This document shows, piece after piece, positions 46,581 through 49,126 of a stretch of 49,126 bases of DNA; the first letter of the stretch is position 1; every line of letters begins with the position of its first letter. Position numbers and translations under genes: made by a program. Below the pieces are notes generated by a model that saw only the letters and a list, made by a program, of their open reading frames with translations, did not search any database and was not told the origin of the DNA. This DNA is from Candidatus Rokuibacteriota bacterium (GTDB taxonomy: Bacteria; Methylomirabilota; Methylomirabilia; Rokubacteriales; DASRDR01), in assembly GCA_044866005.1 (NCBI GenBank), contig JBIOTN010000079.1, positions 1-49,126 on the forward strand, given 5' to 3'.

Positions 46581-47378
46581 ATGCCGATCCGCTTCGCCTA
46601 CCGCGGATTCATCTTCGACCTCGACGGCACCGTGTACCGCGGCGACCGTCTCGTGCCGGGCGCGAAGGCGGTCCTCGCCGCGCTCAAGGCCGACGGCCGA
46701 CGGCTCTGCTTTCTCTCCAACAAGCCCATCGCGAGCCGCGAGGAGTACGCGGCCAAGCTCACGCGGCTCGGCGTCCCGACCGACGCGGACGAGGTCATCA
46801 ACTCCTCGTACGTCCTCGCGCGCTACCTGGCGCGGGAGGCGCCGGGGGCGCGCTGCTACGTGATCGGGGAGCCGCCGCTCGCCGCCGAGCTCGAGCGGGC
46901 CGGCCTGGCCCTGGTGGACGGCCCCAAGGCGGACTGGGTCGTCGTCGCCTTCGACCGCACGTTCGACTACCGGAAGCTCGACGTCGCGCTGCAGGCGGTG
47001 ACGCGCTACGGGGCGCGGCTCATCGGGACGAACCCGGACCGGACGTGCCCGGTGGAGGACGGCGAGATCCCCGACGCCGCCGGGATGATCGGCGCGGTCG
47101 AAGGCGTGACGGGCCGCCGCGTGGACCCGATCGTCGGCAAGCCGTCGCCGATCATGCTCGCGGTCGCGCTCGAGCGGCTCGGCCTCGACCGCCAGGAGTG
47201 CGCGGTGGTCGGCGACCGGCTCGAGACCGACATCGCGATGGGGAAAGCGGCCGGCCTCGCCACCATTCTGGTCCTGACCGGGATCACGGCGGCCGGCAGC
47301 CCCGAGATCGCGCGCTACGGCCCGGACCACGTCCTGGGGTCGCTTCACGAGCTGCTGGGCCCGGCGCCGGCGCGATGA
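46581..47378 (+). CDS. HAD-IIA family hydrolase (NagD-like)
   Basis: FIFDLDGTVY, FLSN, TNPD, GKPS, VGDRLETDI and LVLTGIT. Confidence 0.92.
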   Translation: MPIRFAYRGFIFDLDGTVYRGDRLVPGAKAVLAALKADGRRLCFLSNKPIASREEYAAKLTRLGVPTDADEVINSSYVLARYLAREAPGARCYVIGEPPLAAELERAGLALVDGPKADWVVVAFDRTFDYRKLDVALQAVTRYGARLIGTNPDRTCPVEDGEIPDAAGMIGAVEGVTGRRVDPIVGKPSPIMLAVALERLGLDRQECAVVGDRLETDIAMGKAAGLATILVLTGITAAGSPEIARYGPDHVLGSLHELLGPAPAR

Positions 47379-47445
47379 GCCGCCCCGGCCCGATCCCCGT
47401 CGCATCCCGGCGTCCTTGGGCCCGACCGTCGAGCAGGCGACCGCG

Positions 47446-49071
47446 ATGAGCCGGCTCGCCGGGCTCGACGGCCAGGTCGTCGATGCCGTCATCGTGGGGG
47501 GCGGGATGGCGGGCGCCGGCGTCGCGCGGGACCTCGCCCTCCGGGGCCTGTCCTGCGTGCTCGTGGAGAAGGGCGACTTCGCCTCGGGCACGACCTCGCG
47601 CTCCTCGAAGCTCATCCACGGCGGGCTGCGGTATCTCGAGCTGTTCGACTTCGCGCTGGTCCGCGAGGCGCTCCGAGAGCGGGAGACGCTCGCCCGGCTC
47701 GCCCCCCACCTGGTCCGGCCGCTCCCCTTCCTCGTCCCGGTCTACCGGGGCGGCACGCGCAGCCTGATCAAGGTTCGCGTCGGCCTGCGGCTCTACGACC
47801 TCCTGACGCCCGGCAAGCGGACCGAGCGCTACCGGACGGTGGACCGGGCCGAGGCGCTGGCCCTCGAGCCGACGCTCCGGCCGGAGGAGCTCGTGGGCGC
47901 CGGCTACTACTTCGACGACCTGCTGCTGTCGCCCGAGCGGCTCTGCCTGGAGAACGTCTTCTCGGCGCGGCGGGCCGGCGCCCACGCGGTGAACTACGCC
48001 CAGGCCGAGGAATTCCGCCCGCGTCCGGGCGGCGGGTGGAGCGTGCGGGTCCGCGATCTCGTCGCCGGCGACGTGATGACGATCGCCGGGCGCGTGCTGG
48101 TCAACGCGACCGGACCGTGGGTCGATCGGATCCGCGAGCGGGCCGGCGTCTGGGAGCGGGGGGCGCGGCTGATCCGGCCGACGAAGGGCGCCCACCTGGT
48201 GCTCCCGCGGCTCACCGAGCGCGCGGTCTACCTCTCCACGCACGACGACCGCATGGTGTTCGTGATCCCGTGGCGAGAGTTCTCGCTCGTCGGGACCACC
48301 GACACGGACTTCGAGGACAGCCCGGACCGCGTCTGGGCGACGCCGGCGGACGTCGCGTACCTCCTGGCGGAGACGCGCCGCGTCCTGGCGGACCCCCGCG
48401 TCGCCGAGAACAACATCGTCTACACCTACGCGGGCGTGCGTCCCCTCACCTTGGAGACGGGCAAGCGCGCCTCGGCGGTCTCCCGGCGGCACCGCGTGGT
48501 CGCCGAGGGGCCCGACGACCGATTCCTCTCCATCACCGGCACCAAGCTGACGGCCTTCCGGAGCCTCGCCGAGCAGGTCGGCCAGACGGTGGCGCGGGCC
48601 CTGGGCAAGGGCGGGGCGAGCCGCACGGCGTCCCTCGCCCTCGACGGCTCGGACGAGGCGGCGACGGCGCTCGAGGTGCGGGCGATGCTCGACGTGACCG
48701 AAGCGGTCCGGGCCTCCGGGCTCGAGCCGGGCCAGGTGGAAGCGCTCGTGAGCACCTACGGCCGGCGCGCGGCGGCCGTCCTCGATCTGGCACGGCGGCT
48801 GCCGGGCGGCGCCGAGCGGCTCTGCAAGAGCGCCCCGGACATCGTGGCACAGCTCCACTGGGCCGTGGAGGGCGAGCTGGCCGTGTCGCTCCAGGACGTG
48901 CTGCTCCGCCGCACGGGGATCGGCACGGGCCCGTGCCTCGGCCTGGACTGCGCGGGGGCGATCGCGCAGCGCATGGGCGCCCTCCTCAACTGGAGCCCGC
49001 GTCGGATCGACGCCGAGCTCGAGGCCTACCAGTCGCTGGTGCGCCAGGGTTTGCGCTTCCGCGGCGGGTGA
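47446..49071 (+). CDS. glpD: FAD-dependent glycerol-3-phosphate dehydrogenase/oxidase
   Basis: IVGGGMAGAGVARD, DFASGTTSRSSKLIHGGLRYLE, NATGPW, KGAHL, GTTD, YAGVRPL and DVLLRRT. Confidence 0.9.
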   Translation: MSRLAGLDGQVVDAVIVGGGMAGAGVARDLALRGLSCVLVEKGDFASGTTSRSSKLIHGGLRYLELFDFALVREALRERETLARLAPHLVRPLPFLVPVYRGGTRSLIKVRVGLRLYDLLTPGKRTERYRTVDRAEALALEPTLRPEELVGAGYYFDDLLLSPERLCLENVFSARRAGAHAVNYAQAEEFRPRPGGGWSVRVRDLVAGDVMTIAGRVLVNATGPWVDRIRERAGVWERGARLIRPTKGAHLVLPRLTERAVYLSTHDDRMVFVIPWREFSLVGTTDTDFEDSPDRVWATPADVAYLLAETRRVLADPRVAENNIVYTYAGVRPLTLETGKRASAVSRRHRVVAEGPDDRFLSITGTKLTAFRSLAEQVGQTVARALGKGGASRTASLALDGSDEAATALEVRAMLDVTEAVRASGLEPGQVEALVSTYGRRAAAVLDLARRLPGGAERLCKSAPDIVAQLHWAVEGELAVSLQDVLLRRTGIGTGPCLGLDCAGAIAQRMGALLNWSPRRIDAELEAYQSLVRQGLRFRGG

Positions 49072-49126
49072 GCCCGGCCCCATGCCCGTCGACTCGGGCC
49101 GGTCCCGGCGCCGGGCCCCGAGGGCC

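Noticed and set aside
49082..49126. Possible start of another gene at the right edge
   Set aside because: Only about 15 codons are visible, with no clear RBS or motif.

Overview
A very GC-rich bacterial chromosomal window made up mostly of core genes. The gene style and intergenic palindromes recall Candidatus Rokubacteria (Methylomirabilota), which is an unverified inference. From left to right it contains: (1) a minus-strand aromatic-catabolism operon (LLM flavin oxidoreductase, gentisate 1,2-dioxygenase-like cupin, FAH-family hydrolase, partial DoxX); (2) a selenocysteine locus in which tRNA-Sec (selC) is separated from selA-selB by three uncharacterised genes; (3) an MFS transporter, a lone tatA and two GT-C-type membrane glycosyltransferase-like genes; (4) ileS-lspA-rluD-yvcK-glmU-glmS; (5) a membrane protein, pcrA/uvrD and gatCAB; (6) ftsEX-envC-ctpA-yibQ-like, tsaD and an NtrB/NtrC-like pair; (7) a sigma54-preceded orphan gene and a stand-alone nuoLMN; (8) an MFS transporter, a RidA-family gene, an SDR apparently missing its Rossmann segment, a HAD-IIA hydrolase and glpD. 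No integrase, transposase or CRISPR array was seen. The most notable non-coding signals are a ~150-bp rod-like palindromic element present as an inverted pair around gatCAB (with remnants around nuoMN), a four-copy bipartite hairpin repeat, two sigma54 promoters (one before glmS) each with candidate enhancer palindromes, and catalytic-motif loss in FtsE and the YibQ-like protein. All calls come from reading the sequence and recognising motifs by eye; no database searches were run.
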